Assembly (NCBI RefSeq): GCF_001194135.2
Contig: NC_068987.1
Location: 1,151,518-1,215,517 of the forward strand
From: Octopus bimaculoides
Taxonomy: Eukaryota
Reading direction: 5' to 3'
Length of the DNA: 64,000 nt
This document shows positions 37,503 through 51,132 of this stretch, one piece after another. Numbering within the stretch: the stretch's first letter is position 1; each line of letters begins with the position of its first letter. The notes under the pieces are model-generated. The model saw only the letters and a list, made by a program, of their open reading frames with translations. It was not told the origin of the DNA and did no database searches. A program made the position numbers and the translations under genes.

Positions 37503-38150
37503 CGACAGCCATGTATGAAGAACTAGGATTTGTTAAAGGCTGCCCGACATTGCACTCCAGTATATATCAAATTGTGTTTATCATCATAATTAACAGCAAC
37601 AAGAGAATCTCTGTTTGAATGTTTCATATTCATTACTATTATTGTTTTATATGTAATCAGTTCCATAAAGCCATAGATCCGTCGTACGGTTTTATGGAGT
37701 AACCGACCTCTTTATGGACTCCTCGCACAACATTTCATTTTAAAAATATATTTACGCTACAGCAGCGTTGGAGCCTAGGTTATGTAAATGATGTATTCTT
37801 TGCCATTCTCCCCTTTTCTCGATATACATCATGTATCTATATAGACATACAAACAGTCATACACACATGAGAATATATGTATGTGTGCAGGTGGGTGTAT
37901 GCGAGAACTATGTATATATAAGTATATATATATATATATATATATATACGCACACAAATTTGTGTGTGCATGTATGGAAGTGTATGTATGTAAGTAATGT
38001 GTTAATGTCCTTGCATGTATGCAAATATATATATTTCCCGTTTGTGTATGTATTAATGCATCTGCATGTACATATGTATATAAGCGCGCGCGCGCGCGTA
38101 TGTGTGTATGTATATGTGTGCGTGCGCATGTGAGTCTGTATATGCATGTG

Positions 38151-38196
<46 letters not shown>

Positions 38197-39327
38197 GATG
38201 CATGACTCATTTAATCGGAAGAAATAGAAGGAAGCAGTTTGTTTGATTTACGAGTTAAGTTAATCCGATGTTAATATTAACTTTTTTTTTCTCTCTGGAA
38301 ATTAATAATAATCTTCACTTGAAAATAATCTTCATGCACACATACACACATACATACATCCACGCACGCATACATAAATACAAATGCATACGCACATGTA
38401 TACATACGCACATGTATATATGCATATGTATATACATGCATATGTATATATATGTATTATGTCTGTATATTTATATGACATGTATGTATATATGTATTCA
38501 TGTTTTTATGCAAGTGTGTCTGTGTAGGAGTGGCTAGGTTTGTTTATGTTCATTAATGATTGTGTGAATGTGTGTGTGTAAATGTGTATATGGTTGTGCA
38601 TGCAGAGCAAAATGAATTTGTGTATATGTGTACATGTTATTAGGTTTATATGTCACTCTGTATATATGTGCATATATTATGTATCTATATATGTGTGAGC
38701 TGCNNNNNNNNNNNNNNNNNNNNNNNNNNNNNNNNNNNNNNNNNNNNNNNNNNNNNNNNNNNNNNNNNNNNNNNNNNNNNNNNNNNNNNNNNNNNNNNNN
38801 NNNNNNNNNNNNNNNNNNNNNNNNNNNNNNNNNNNNNNNNNNNNNNNNNNNNNNNNNNNNNNNNNNNNNNNNNNNNNNNNNNNNNNNNNNNNNNNNNNNN
38901 NNNNNNNNNNNNNNNNNNNNNNNNNNNNNNNNNNNNNNNNNNNNNNNNNNNNNNNNNNNNNNNNNNNNNNNNNNNNNNNNNNNNNNNNNNNNNNNNNNNN
39001 NNNNNNNNNNNNNNNNNNNNNNNNNNNNNNNNNNNNNNNNNNNNNNNNNNNNNNNNNNNNNNNNNNNNNNNNNNNNNNNNNNNNNNNNNNNNNNNNNNNN
39101 NNNNNNNNNNNNNNNNNNNNNNNNNNNNNNNNNNNNNNNNNNNNNNNNNNNNNNNNNNNNNNNNNNNNNNNNNNNNNNNNNNNNNNNNNNNNNNNNNNNN
39201 NNNNNNNNNNNNNNNNNNNNNNNNNNNNNNNNNNNNNNNNNNNNNNNNNNNNNNNNNNNNNNNNNNNNNNNNNNNNNNNNNNNNNNNNNNNNNNNNNNNN
39301 NNNNNNNNNNNNNNNNNNNNNNNNNNN

Positions 39328-39370
<43 letters not shown>

Positions 39371-39515
39371 CTGGTGCGTCATTGAAATTATACTGTATAT
39401 GCTACGTATATGCGTGTAAGTGCTGAAACACGCATTGTCAATATGTGTTTACAAATAGTACATCATATTATTATTCATATAAATAGAGGTAAACACAAAT
39501 ACCGATATAATTATG

Positions 39516-39561
<46 letters not shown>

Positions 39562-39712
39562 NNNNNNNNNNNNNNNNNNNNNNNNNNNNNNNNNNNNNNN
39601 NNNNNNNNNNNNNNNNNNNNNNNNNNNNNNNNNNNNNNNNNNNNNNNNNNNNNNNNNNNNNNNNNNNNNNNNNNNNNNNNNNNNNNNNNNNNNNNNNNNN
39701 NNNNNNNNNNNN

Positions 39713-39756
<44 letters not shown>

Positions 39757-40093
39757 CCATATATAGATATATACATACATACCTGTGGATGTGTGTGTGT
39801 GTGTGTGGATGGAAGGCTGCATAAATCGTGTACAAATCGTAGCTAAGCATATGACAGTTCTCTGGATAATAAATTCCCCTCTTTGCCTTCAAATTGCTAG
39901 AATAGTTTTCGCCTTGAAGCTTCCCGTCTTTAACATAATCTTTAACTAGTCACATCTAAGTGGATTCTGAAGCTAAGTCCATCAGGCTTTCTGCACAAAT
40001 CTCTCTCCGTCTCCCCACACCCCTCACGTTCTCTTTGATTTAGCTGCAAAATGAGATAATTTGGGAAGATTTGCTTTGATTTTTTTTCGTATC

Positions 40094-40135
<42 letters not shown>

Positions 40136-40264
40136 ATGTATGTATGCTTAGTTTTTGTGAGTGTACTTCTGGTGTTCTTTCTTTTTGTTCGATTGTGTAA
40201 ATGGATGTTTGCACGTGTTTCTTGCACTTTAGTGTTGTGCATGGGATTGTGTAGTGAAGACACG

Positions 40265-40410
40265 TGGGTCTGTGGTTCACGTATCTGGCTCCCAATCATA
40301 AGCTCTTGAGTTCGGTATCTGGCGGCGTGTTTTGTCCTCGAGCGAGACACCTTATTTCACGTTGCTGCAGTTCACTCACCTAGCAAAACTGAGTGGTACC
40401 AGTAATTCGA
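40265..40410 (+). mobile_element. Decayed family D SINE
   Basis: gtgttttgtcctcgagcgagacaccttatttcacgttgctgcagttcactcacctagcaaaactgagtggtacc. Confidence 0.75.
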
Positions 40411-41734
40411 AGTGTAATATCTCTTCTCATCTATGCATTCATGCGCACATTCGTATTAAAACACCAACCATATGACCATGATAATTACTGACGGCCCTGT
40501 TTTGTTTTCAAACAATACAACGTTTCATCTCTGCATTAAGAACAAGAGTTACATATAGAGAATTACAATAACGGTTTGTACACACACACACACACGCAGA
40601 CACACACACAGATACATATGTATGCATACAAACGACACTGGGTGTAATATTTAGTTTTAGAGAAACGTCTCGGAAAAAAAAATTAGTTCAACACCCACGG
40701 CGTCATTCAAATTGCCGGTCGACTACCAGGCACTGTGATTAGACTTGATTTAATCCCCTCAGTGACGAATACTTGAACAAAAACTCATAAATGCATGTTC
40801 CAACATAGAAATCAGTAAACAAAAAAAGGTTGACTGATTTGCGAGAATGCTGGCGAAGCTAGAATTAAATTAAATATACGCAAATGAAAAATCTTATATG
40901 AAAATATAAGAACTCTAGCTCTAATAGTTTGTCCCTGAGAAACTCCTGAATGTGTCTTGTGAGTTAAAAACAGGGACTTCGGTCAGAACACAAGTGGATC
41001 GCCAGATACCGGTTCGACTTACATTCGTCTCCTCAGTGACTATTAAATCGATAGTAAACAACAGCATTACCTAGGGCTAGTTGGATCACGTACTTTCAAT
41101 TAAGGGACTGATCAGTCCTGATGAAGTGAACCAGTCGAAAACGATCTTCTAAATCCACGTGAAAATGTTTTGCCCTACTTGTGGATATAGTAAAAGAAAC
41201 CTACTCAAGGGGACAGGCGGCAGAATTGAAAAGTGAACCCATCTTGGCGCAAAGCGATCTCGTACAGCATACGGCGCGACCTATTAGTGTATTAGTAGAA
41301 TAAGTGTGTTTTGTGTAATATATTCACTGCAGATTATTAATGACATTTGCAAATGTAAGATGTATTTAAAAAGCAATAGTACAATAAGAGTTTGTTTGTT
41401 TAATATAAACTTTAATAAATAATTAAAGATAATTCCGATGTCTGATTATGTTTGTTTCTTAGACACAGTATTACTAGATGTCATATTTTTGGTATATTTT
41501 CATTTTAATTTGCAAAATTAGAAGTAAATTAACTCCGGAACACTAATTGCTTCTTCAAATAAAATTATGAAAAAAATTAATTAAACTCGAAGATAAATGC
41601 TATATGAGCATATAATTAATATATGTATAATTAATATATGTATAATTAATATATGTATAGTCCTGTATCCTTCTGTATTTAGTCACACACAAGCACGCAC
41701 AGACAGAAACATATATACATCTTCAGACACTTTC

Positions 41735-41798
<64 letters not shown>

Positions 41799-42329
41799 AT
41801 ATATATATACATGCATACATACATACACGAAAACACAAACGTACACAAAGTGGCAATTAGACATCCGCTCTAACACACGCACACATATACACATAGAAAA
41901 AGCTTTCACTCATACATCCAAACAGACAGCTACAAAGACACAGACATACAAAGATTTGCACAAAACCACACAGCAACATATCCAAGCACATATAAATTAT
42001 ATTGATATATACACACAACAAACATAAATGTACAGGTTATAGTTGTTGAGAAATGTTTTTTTTCCATATATGCATGTTATAAGAGATTCAGTAATATGTG
42101 TGTGTGTGTGTGTGTGTGCGAGAGAGAGGAAGAGAGTGTGTGTGTACGTACGTTCGTATGTATATATATACAACAGTGGTAGTCAGCAATTATGGCAGAT
42201 TTTCTGTTTCGTATCAGTAACTCCTAATAAATTTTGCTTCAAGACTTGCTCCATTTCCTTTCCTTTCCATTTTGTCGTGTTTCGCTTATGTTTTTCCACG
42301 TTCACCTACACACCTCTTCAATATACTTT

Positions 42330-42372
<43 letters not shown>

Positions 42373-42853
42373 CGCTCAGTCGCTCTCAATCGCTCTCTCT
42401 CTCTCTCTCCCCCTTTAATATATATATATATATTCTTTATGGTTTATATCAGTCTCTCTCTAAAATTTCCTTTCTACTCTCCTCTGTTATTTCCTCAATC
42501 GCCCTTTCTATGCAACCATTTGAATCACCACAAATGATAACGCCTATCTTTATTCCCATTTGTCCAGGTTTCAAAGTTTATTTAGAAGTTGTTTCCCCTT
42601 AAACAGAAATCTGTTCTCAATATGATGTAAGATTTTCACCAAGTTTCTCACTATGGCAGTTAGGTGAAACTTTGCTATTAAAATACAAATTTTGCATTTG
42701 ACGATTAAATATGTATAATTTAAAAACCCTCTTGTAATTAACAACAATAATAGTTTGACAAGGTTTCATAAAGTTCCTATTGCATTATATGACCGGCATC
42801 ATGAAATTGAAGCTTTAATTGCATATTCAAAACGATTCTCGCAAACAAATTTA

Positions 42854-42891
<38 letters not shown>

Positions 42892-42895
<4 letters not shown>

Positions 42896-43160
42896 GAAAT
42901 TTATATAAAAACAAAGGATGAACAAGAAGCAGGTGTATTAGTTTGACGCTTGAGAAAATGAAAAAGTCTTTTACGTTTCGAGCCTACGATCTTCAACGGA
43001 AATGAATAAGAGAAAATAAAGAGAGAGAATGAAAAAACTTGTAGATTTTAGGGTTCCAGCATGGCGAGTATTTCTCGAACTATCTTCTTCCTTATTTTCT
43101 TCTTTCCGACGAAGAACCATGCTCGAAACGGAACTTCCACATTTCCGTCTATAAACACTT
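42892..43160. mobile_element. Penelope-like short repeat with two hammerhead-like motifs in inverted orientation
   Basis: 42942-43002 on the minus strand: ttt-CCGTTGA-a-gatcgtaggctc-GAAACG...CGTC-aaa. 43103-43152 on the plus strand: CCGACGA-a-gaaccatgctc-GAA-ACGGAA...TTCCGT-C. Homologous to 2560-2755. Confidence 0.6.
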
Positions 43161-43419
43161 TCACTGAGCGGTAATCTCATATATTCATGGTATGCCTGTA
43201 ATTGATTTTTGCTCTTTTCCCTTGTTCTTTATTTTTATTTTTTTATTTCTGATTTGCCTATGTATGTATGTATGTATGTATGCATGCGTGCGCCTGTGTG
43301 CGTGTCTGTTCGTATGTGTGTATGCATACACGTATCTTTATAAAGATATATTTGTTCATACAACCATTCTTGTATAGATACATCAACGGTGATATCGAAG
43401 AGACTCCATATTTGTTAGC

Positions 43420-43760
43420 GAGAAATGCAACATTTTCTCTTTATTTACTTTGGTTGTCAGCCAATCTCAAGTGTTCCAACATCTTTCTGCCTGTTTGTCG
43501 TCCATTCATGTTGCTCAGTCAACACTTCGTGGTCTTCTTATCCCTCTTTTATCCAGTCTTCGTTCATGTATGACCAGTCACTAGAGATGGTATGTAATAG
43601 TGTTACATGACCAAAAGACATCATCTTTGCCTTTTCACAATTTAGTGAGGGACGTTTTCGTTCGCAAGCTTGCCAACAAATTCTTTCTCAACACTTTCGT
43701 TGGATCAATGTTTTGTGAACGGAATAGTTGTGGTGTTGGGCAGCATCTTTGCATAGGATT
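43420..43760 (-). mobile_element. Decayed RTE-clade LINE 3' end
   Basis: Frameshifted translation IVKRQKMMSFGHVT ... KC*LSNMNGRQTGRKMLEHLRLADNQSK*R resembles the RTE C-terminal motifs (xxGHVxR, W.D.., A.DR..WR). Confidence 0.6.
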
Positions 43761-43999
43761 TTGTCCCAAAAGCAAATATGTATTTTATTATTTATATATT
43801 TATTTCTATATGATACACACAATCACAGATCTGCCTCTGTCTCCGTTTTCCTGCCTGTACGTATATATATATATGTGTACACGCTTAAATATATACGCAC
43901 ATACTATATATATATATATATATATACATACATGCATGTGTGAATATATATANNNNNNNNNNNNNNNNNNNNNNNNNNNNNNNNNNNNNNNNNNNNNNN

Positions 44000-44055
<56 letters not shown>

Positions 44056-44719
44056 CATATGCATATGTGAATATATATGCACATATATATATACACTTAT
44101 ATTTACATATGTATATATATTTATATATATATTTATAGACATACAGACAGACACAGATAGATAGATACACACACACACACAAACGTACACACAGACTCTG
44201 TTACAGGGTTTCATATGCAAACAATTGCTAACAAAAGCTAAATTGAAATGCTTTTATGCAAATATTAATTATTCCTAATTTCTATCAAACTAAATATTTC
44301 TGTTTACCGTTTTCTTATGAAATTATCAAAAGTTGCCTCTTCATTAAATAAGCCTTGAATCCTTTGGGTAGAGATTGGCAACCATTAAGACACAAATTAT
44401 CGGTAGCTGATGAGAACTAAAGATGGCATCTTCACAGCAAGAACACCAGGGATAACGGCTATAAACTTGGCTGGAGCTGGGACTAAATGCCAAGAACACA
44501 AACAGCAAGAACGATAACAATAACATCAACAACATTATAGTGTAGGAGAGTACAACGTGGCTATCTAGGAGCATCTATGCGGCCGCCTGAATTGCTGAAT
44601 ATAGCAGTTCAATTAAGGAAGGACACCTTAAGATCAATTGAGTGTGTGTGCGCATGCGCACCGTTGTGTATTGTATATATATTTCTGCTGCCTGTCCATT
44701 CATTGATCCATTCTTAATC

Positions 44720-45085
44720 GATGCAATCTCATTTCATCTCATTTTCGTCCAGTTGGTATCCTGGGAGAGAGCAATTCTGTCCTCAAGTATGCCTGCCATC
44801 GGATCATGTCAGAAGAAACCGCCTCCAATTGCTCCAGCTGGATCCCCAAGTGAGTTCCTGGATGTTTATCCAACCATATTGTCGGCGGTCTATCTCTGGA
44901 TCTCCTTCAGGTTGGTTTTGGCTGTAAATTCATTCCTGAGACATTCATACCACATGTCCATAGTGTCGGATTTGTGATTTCTCAATTCGTAGAAGCAGTG
45001 GCTCAATTTAAGGTACGTCTCTGATCTCACTCTATCGAGTAACGTTACACCAATGACCTGTCGATCGATCGCTATCCTGGCTGCT
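44720..45085 (-). mobile_element. Decayed RTE-clade LINE 3' end
   Basis: RQVIGVTLLDRVRSET / IEPLLLRIEKSQIRHYGHVV*MSQE... across a frameshift, the typical RTE post-RT segment. Confidence 0.8.
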
Positions 45086-45334
45086 TGCATTCACGATAGT
45101 ATTTTTTCGGTCATTACCCAAGATTAATGACAACATGGAAAAGTATGCACGAACACCAAATTGGTAACAGTGTGTTTGGCTTTTACACTTACCTGCCTTT
45201 TCATGACACAATGCAGAAGCTGGTTCAGTACTCTACCAGCAGCTAATGCAACTGCGGTACTAATCCCAGCCTCTTGCCTTCCATCAGTCGTGAAAGCAGC
45301 CTCGGATAATCGAAACTCTGCTTCAGTGGAACTC

Positions 45335-45475
45335 CACTCATTTCTACAGATGAGCTAGCCGGAGCAACGTGAAATGGAGTGACTTGCTCAAGAACAGAAC
45401 ACGAAACCCGGGCCTGGATCCGAACTCACAAGCTCACGGTCGTAAGTTCGACGCTCTAACCACTGAGACATGCGC

Positions 45476-45480
<5 letters not shown>
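45335..45480 (-). mobile_element. tRNA-derived SINE (family D-type head)
   Basis: Reverse complement: gtctcagtggttagagcgtcgaac (A box) ... gagttcggatcc (B box) ... ttcttgagcaagtcactccatttcacgttgctccgg. Confidence 0.85.
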
Positions 45481-45524
<44 letters not shown>

Positions 45525-46186
45525 GGAGAAAATAGCAGAAGAAAATGTGTACGTTGTCTGTTCGTGTATGTGAGAGAGAGGTGGGGAGAAAAAGAAAGGT
45601 GGAAATAATATAAAGAGGAGGACATAAGAGGTGGAGGGTGGACAAGGAATATAAAAGGATTTGGAATAAGCTAGAAACAATGTAAATATATATTCCAATG
45701 AGATGTACATGAAGATGGAGACATGAAGTTGGTCGTTTCTGAAGGTTCTCTCAAAGAAGTTGAGTCAACAACGAGTAAGGTGCTAGTTTGGCAAGTTGCC
45801 ACTTCACCATAGTTTGGTGCTAATTGTAAAATGGTTTATGCTGAAATTGTGCCACATCACAATTAACACAATTTCTAAATAGAGAGAGAGGGAGGAAGAA
45901 GGGGGAAAGAAAGAACAAGAGAAAAACGGGGAAAGAGAGGGAAACGGAGAAAGAGAGAAAAGGAGAGAGAGAGAGCGCGATTCTGTGTACGAGAGAGATT
46001 AATATGAGATGTGAAGGTCAATGGGTTGTCTTTTAGCAAATTACAATAGCTAAATGAGTTTTTCCTATGCGCCCTCTGTCGTCTTTAAACCCCTCTATCT
46101 ATGTATCTGTCTGTCTGCCTGTCTACTTTCTATTTATTCTATTGTCTCTCTCTCAATAAATCTATTTATCTATCTATGCATCTATG

Positions 46187-46240
<54 letters not shown>

Positions 46241-46569
46241 ATTCTCTCTGTCTGTCTGTGTATATATACATACAGGAGTAAGGGCGCGTTGTCATGCTTG
46301 TATGTGTGAGAATTGTTTCGTATAAACAATACTGTGTCTACAAGCATGTCTACACATACATCATTGGTACCCCTGCTCAGCCGTTCACAATATTCGAAAT
46401 GAATTTAACCGTAGAGTTTTTCTTACATCTACCAATCATAATCCATCTTCATGGATCGAATACGCAGAATTGGGATCAAATGCTTCCCAACGATGACCAT
46501 CTCATCGTACTACATAATATAACGTGTATTTTTCTTGACTTAAGATGTTATTTGTGGTAGATTTAGTTA

Positions 46570-46798
46570 TGACGGTGAGCAGGCGGAATCGTTAGTAAGA
46601 CGGACAGAATGTTCTGCGGCCTTTCGTCCGTATTTATATACTGAGTTCACACTCCGGCGAAATCGGTTTTACCTTTTATCCTCTGGGGGTGGGGTATCAA
46701 TAAAATATGTATCAGTCGAACACTGGGATCGATGTATTCCACTAGCCCCCCCTCCCAATTTCAGGCTTTCTGCTTCTGGTAGAAAGGATTACAAGAAA
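46570..46798 (+). mobile_element. Family B SINE
   Basis: gacggtgagcaggcggaatcgttag...ctgagttcacactccggcga...cactgggatcgatg...ccctcccaatttcaggc. Confidence 0.8.
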
Positions 46799-48329
46799 GT
46801 GCGAGTATGAAACAGCTTCTAGCTTTTATTATATCAATAATACTATCGATTGCACAAAATGTGTTACATAAGTAAGTTATAGATTTTGAGATCTAACCCT
46901 GCTTGTGTCGATTTAACATTTTATCGTTTGAGGGTCGATAACATTAGTAAAAGTGATCTCGTGTCAATTACTCGGAGTTGAAGCAACCGACTTTATTCAC
47001 CTAACCACCGGCGTAAGTTATAAGTTAATATGGCTCAATAAATATCGTGACAATATATTAGAATGGTTAAAGATTCTTCTGCGAGAATCTGAAGGAATTG
47101 GAAACAAATGAATTTAGAGATATTTTATTGTCTAAGAATTTGAAATGTGTAAAGAAATGCATTTCTTGTCATATGTGTGATTGTGTGTGTGTGTGTGAAT
47201 GTGTGCGTGCATATGTGTATATATGTGCTGCTCTGTGTGTGTTTTTGTGTGTACGTGCTTTTATGTGCTTGTGTGCGTGTAGTGTTTTATAAGAAATTAC
47301 GAGGGGATAAAGAAATGTCTTACATATGCATGTACATGTGTAAATGTATACATGCGTCTGTGTGTGTGTGTGCGTGCGTGTGGCGTTATTATTCTCTAAC
47401 AGATTAAGAAGGGATAAAGAACTCGCTGCTTAACGATGGGTAAAACTATGAAATGTTAATGATGTAACAATTGAGAAAGAGAAAGCTGTTGGTGATTGAA
47501 GCCGCCGATATTAAGGAACCATATTCAATTGGTGTAATTTGATTAATGTAATAACTCTCATATTGTATATCGCCATCTTAAATCGATTTATAACTTGAAG
47601 CAATCTGTCACTGATCTGTTAAGAGCCGTAACAATCTAACAAGCCATTTGCCAGTTTATCAAACAATTTATCGACACATGAAGCACCTCTCAAATGTAAT
47701 GCATCTCCTGGTCGTTTTAATTTTAGCATGTTGCTCTTCTGTATCTCCTTAGAATTTGCTCGATGTTCCAACTGTAGTACCACACTGGATTTTGACAACT
47801 TTTGCACTAATAACGCAGGCGTAAAAGCATGCCATGGCTTTTAGGATTTTAGTTTCAGTTTCAAATGACAGCTAAGCGAACGCGGAATCTAAAAGAATGT
47901 CATCTTCTTAGCAAGTCAGATTGCTACGCCGCTTCCGCACAGTGGTGCATGTAGATGCAGATTAAATACAGTTGCATGTAGATGCATCTTATATGCAGCG
48001 AACTTGTAGGTTTCACTTTATTTCTGTTTGTTAATCTTCAAGATGGACAGTTTAGTAAATTCTTATACTCCAGGATCAATTACATTAAGGTTTAAGACAC
48101 AAGACTTAGTTCTAAGCTCTTCTAACCGTTCTTTCCTTAATTCCGTTCTGTTTGGTAATAATTCTGTTTTTATTACTAACTATTTGATTAATACTATTTC
48201 TACTAATGGTCTAGATATTACATGTACTACTCGCACATGCAAACACGCACACGTACGCACACATACACACTCACACACACTCAGACTAAGTGTACGTGCA
48301 CACACGCACACACACACACACGTATATAT

Positions 48330-48530
48330 ATAGATGTACTTGCGTAGCAAGTGACCTGATCTGAGATAGTGTGCTGGAACGAAAACAATTGCAGCGTGGA
48401 AGGTGTTTATAAGCCATTTAAGAAACACGCAAAATACCGTTAGATTCACTTCAACATTTAAATTTAATTTGCCAAAATATTTTCGTCGCTTTGAGACCGC
48501 GACCTGTTCACTGACAAAATCCCGTGCTGC
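48330..48530 (-). mobile_element. ~200-bp non-coding repeat carrying a variant hammerhead near its 5' end
   Basis: Near-identical reverse complement of 24175-24355. It abuts (TA)/(CA) microsatellite and has no ORF. Confidence 0.85.
48468..48518 (-). ncRNA. Minimal type I hammerhead ribozyme with G3-C8 swapped core (GUGAACA)
   Basis: The minus strand parses with no leftover bases: TTTGTCA | GTGAACA | g | GTCGC ggtctcaaa GCGAC | GAA | AATATT | T | TGGCAAA. Stem I is 7 bp (one G.U), stem II is 5 bp, and stem III is palindromic. Confidence 0.6.
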
Positions 48531-50649
48531 ATCTATGTATATATGTTGTTATATACTCACATACATTTCCCCATGGCTTGAACTATACAGACAGCGTTCG
48601 ATATAACCATTTCCATTCATGGTACAGTACAGAGAAATGATAATTTTAGCATACCACAATGCTAAAACTCACATATTCATGCCCACATAACAAACACAAG
48701 TTCACATATTGTTTAAAATTGTTTTCAAATAAAAACAACGAGCATTGACTGAAAAAAAAGTAAAGAATACAAAGGGTCTAATATTTAGTATGATTTTGGT
48801 GACAGTCAAACTGCAGTCGACACTTGTGCAACAGAAATTACACATGCACAGCGCCAAACCAGTTAGAAAACACAGGCATGAATATGACGTTCGCTTATTA
48901 ATACAGACGGTCAGTGTGCGTATATATATGCATGTATGTATATCTATATACGTATATATCTATGTATATGTATGTAAATATGTTTGTATATATATGTAAA
49001 TATGTATGTATGTATACACATATATATATATATGTATATATATATACTCTTCCGTTCGCGCAGATCCACTCGACAACTGCACGGTTCCACCGACTGTTTA
49101 TGACCCTTGTGACATGACCGGCCTAGCGTTGCTTTGCGATATACACATAAGTTATATATACGTGTGTGTGTATACCTGCATACACACAAACACATACAGA
49201 CATACTGATTGGTTCATTGGAAACCGCACTAACCAAGGACGCTTGTGATTACTATTTGTAACAGAGGGAATGTAATAGAGCAGTTGTTTGTGTAGTCATT
49301 GCTATGCCTTATCAGAGATTACAGAAGAAAGCCAACGATGTATATATCTCAACTTTCCCGTCAGAGCTATGCCTTTTATGTAGTCGGTACATCGAGTCAT
49401 ACAAACCACTTTCTTTTTTATTCGTTTATTGGTAGCAGTCATTGGGTTACGGCCATGCTACAGCTCTGCGTTCAAATGTCTTATCCGACTGCACTTCTTT
49501 GTATGATAGGTACATTAACGGTTTTATTCAGAACGAAAGAAGATATCAATCTGGCATCCATGAGGCGTGTCTATAAAGAGAAACCTATAATTACGACGCA
49601 CCGCTTTCAATGCACGCACTAAACACCCAAACACACCGCATAAAAAAATTGTCTACCAAATTTCACACAAAAGAATACGACGAGCGAAGTTTATAGCTAG
49701 ATAAGACTTCACAAATATGTCGTGATCTGATATCGATCTCTCATCTGTATAATGGAGAAAGTATCTACTACCAACAAAACCAAATCGGCTGATTATTAAA
49801 GCAAATTTGCTCTCCGTACTTGAGACCTTAATTACTCATTTTAACCTAGAATACACTAAATGTAATAAGTCTACGATGAACCCTCAGATAGCTTTTCTCA
49901 ATTAATGATGATATTTATCACTGATTAATTATAATTAACTGATGAGAAGCTCCCAAAACAAAACTGAATCTATCATAATTATCTTCATCTTTCTTCTTTG
50001 CAGATGATTAGCCTAATATTTCTCACGCATACAAACACACACACACACACACACGCACACAGATCCTTATTGTATGTGAAATATATAGAAATACATTTAT
50101 ACATGTGTGTGTGTGTATCAAACCTGAACGTATGTGTGTGCATATATGAATATGTATATACGTGTATGTGCATACAGAGAGAGAGAGAGAGTGGATGGGA
50201 GAGTAAGTCATATTAGATACTACGATTCTTTCCTCTGTGTGAGTAATATTTGCACACGATGCACTTGTCGGCATTTCTATATTTGTTTCATATACGCAAA
50301 TATATACTTTTATTCATATGCACCCAAACACGGTCTGAGGTTTTCCAAATCATTACCAATGATATATACTCCTATCTTACAAATCAAAGCGTCACACTCC
50401 AACATTGCCCAAGTAGCAAGTACTTTTGCTGAGGCATTAATAACCATCTGAGATCGCGCTTCAACCAACCACTGTTCAGAAATATGGGCGCTAAACCAGA
50501 TTAATCTAACAACAGATCTAAAAGCAATCCAAGAAGGCTTCAGGAAAAAAGATCGCTAAGTTAGTGGAAGAGGTTGAAAGCGCTAAAACTACATACCTCG
50601 GGGAGAAGATGGGAAAGATCTGCAGTGATCGAAAGATGTAAGATATTTG

Positions 50650-50805
50650 AAGGCGCAGGCGTGGCTGTGTCGTAAAATCCATAGTTCTGCGTTCAGTCCC
50701 ACTGCATGGCAGCTTGGTCGAATGTTTTCTGCCATGGCCTCAGGTCCACCAAGGCTTGTGAGTAGACACGTTGGGTGACGGAAACTGAGAAAAGGTCCTT
50801 GTGTG
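50650..50805 (+). mobile_element. Family A SINE head/core followed by (CA)n
   Basis: ggcgcaggcgtggctgtgtcgtaa...gttcagtcccactgcatggcagcttgg...gacggaaactgag. Confidence 0.75.
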
Positions 50806-50821
50806 TACGTATGTGTGTGTG

Positions 50822-50897
<76 letters not shown>

Positions 50898-51132
50898 CAT
50901 ACATACATACAAAACACACATATATACTATTCTAAACTAAACAAAGTCACAGCAAGGAGTGCAACTAAGGGCGCCCTTATTCAACTAAGAACTGAAGAAT
51001 GAAGAAACAACATAAATTACATAGGCGCTCCTTAACGATTTCTACCTCCCTTGGTCGCTGTGACTAACTAAAAAAGGACTTGTATATAAGTATACATGCA
51101 TTTATCTCTTTATCTGTTTGTCTGTCTGTCAC

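Noticed and set aside
44750-45020. Plus-strand 'exon' with good AG/GT sites and a single in-frame TGA (selenocysteine-like)
   Set aside because: It is the antisense of an RTE LINE fragment, which explains both the open frame and the composition.
49299-49622. 107-aa plus-strand ORF
   Set aside because: It includes an antisense SINE tail fragment and has no recognisable homology.
49934-49965. CTGATGA motifs at ~49940, ~44408 and ~34030, and CTGACGA at ~10967
   Set aside because: No properly placed GAAA, stem III or stem I, so they cannot be folded as hammerheads.
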